A DNA stretch of 64,000 nt from assembly GCA_964016885.1 (NCBI GenBank), contig OZ024741.1, positions 136,276,001 to 136,340,000 of the forward strand. Direction: 5' to 3'. The notes under the pieces were generated by a model. That model searched no databases. It was not told the DNA's origin and saw only the letters and a program-made list of their open reading frames with translations. Position 1 is the stretch's first letter. Each line of letters starts with the position of its first letter. The position numbers and the translations under genes are program-made. Positions 60,629-64,000 of the stretch are shown piece after piece. Source of the stretch: Eledone cirrhosa (Eukaryota).

Positions 60629-60818
60629 TAATTGTTTCTACTTTAGGCACAAGGCCAGCAATTACCCAGTGCATTACTGGTACTTTATTTTATCGACCCC
60701 GTAAGGATGAAAGGCAAAGTCAACCTCGGCGGGATTTGCACTCAGATCGTAAAGGGACGTAACTATGCTGGAAAGCATGGCGTCCGACCCTCTACCGATA
60801 CTGCCAATCCACCGCCCT
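60629..60818 (-). mobile_element. tRNA-derived SINE (main family), near consensus
   Basis: Reverse complement of 40737-40941 type. Confidence 0.9.
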
Positions 60819-60871
60819 AATGTAAAAATAATAATGGACACATTGAATCACACACAAGCACCCACCCACCC

Positions 60872-62310
<1,439 letters not shown>

Positions 62311-62564
62311 TAAATGAAAGGTATAGAAAACACTGGAGCGAAAAGCGAGCAGCATTCCATAGTATATAAGTGACTATAGCGTCAAAATGGGAAAAATAGT
62401 TAAAGTAAGATGTGGGAAAAATAATTTAAACTCATCCTAAAGAGAATCAGGATATAAATTCATCCACAGAATTTATTGAAATCCAGGGAAAAATCAATAG
62501 AGCCTTAACTCATGATAAAATAAAGTTCGAGATACCTATCCTTCAATTTGGAAAAAATTCAAAT

Positions 62565-62642
62565 GCTCTGTATAGTCGTAAGACAATTTCATGAAAACTT
62601 TCAGTGGAGATGGTCACGGTTGGAGATCATCATCAGCAGAGC
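62565..62642 (-). ncRNA. Type I hammerhead ribozyme with full stem III (family K)
   Basis: Sense: GCTCTG CTGATGA TGA...TCAt GAAA-TtGTC-ttac-GACtA-TA CAGAGC; in island 62310-62870 flanked by (TA)n; stem II weak. Confidence 0.7.
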
Positions 62643-62870
62643 TCAACTGGATAACCAGGATTCTCGCAGATTAATATACCAAAAAGGGAATTCTAAAGCT
62701 GGCCAGTCCAACATCATGCGTGATCACGAAAAACGCACACGAGGAAAAAATGGCTATTGACGTCAGAATGAGTCGAAAGTTTGTTTACAAGAAACAACAG
62801 TCAAAAACATTCCGAAAAAAACTCTACAGTAAGGAGTTCAGCAAAATGCAATATTATCGCAGTTTTTATA

Positions 62871-62909
<39 letters not shown>

Positions 62910-62958
62910 ATATATATATATATATGTGTATATATATATGTATATATATATGTGTATA

Positions 62959-62999
<41 letters not shown>

Positions 63000-63086
63000 A
63001 TATATATATATATGTGTGTATATATATATATGTGTATATATATATGTATATATATATATATGTGTATATATATGTGTATATATATA

Positions 63087-63139
<53 letters not shown>

Positions 63140-63163
63140 GTATATATATATGTATATATATAT

Positions 63164-63217
<54 letters not shown>

Positions 63218-63218
63218 G

Positions 63219-63277
<59 letters not shown>

Positions 63278-63291
63278 GTATATGTATATAT

Positions 63292-63353
<62 letters not shown>

Positions 63354-63386
63354 GTGTATATATATATATATGTATATATATATATG

Positions 63387-63420
<34 letters not shown>

Positions 63421-63424
63421 TGTG

Positions 63425-64000
<576 letters not shown>

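Overview
AT-rich, repeat-dominated eukaryotic DNA; the SINE sequences and the extreme (TA)n content suggest an octopus or other coleoid cephalopod genome (inference). No intact host gene is supportable, and nearly all long ORFs in the track are (TA)n/(CA)n translation artefacts. Real coding remnants are transposons: a Penelope-like element (RT + C-terminal GIY-YIG, ~20.9-23.9 kb, minus) with a fragmented sister copy, two other GIY-YIG fragments, an RTE-clade LINE (25.1-28.1 kb, minus), a CR1-type RT fragment (51.4-52.5 kb), an internally deleted maT/Tc1-type DNA transposon (9.3-10.05 kb), a Helitron-like non-autonomous element and many tRNA-derived SINEs. A strand-biased (TA)nG satellite covers ~14.2-41.4 kb. 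The main hidden signal is in the short unique islands between (TA)n tracts: read by eye, they contain about 19 complete or near-complete type I hammerhead ribozyme motifs from roughly ten unrelated sequence families. These include minimal palindromic-stem-III forms, forms with very long stem II insertions and a CAGAAGA core variant, often arranged as fold-back inverted pairs. They are most simply explained as Penelope pLTR or retrozyme-like remnants that target TA microsatellites. All structures were folded by eye and none has been tested.
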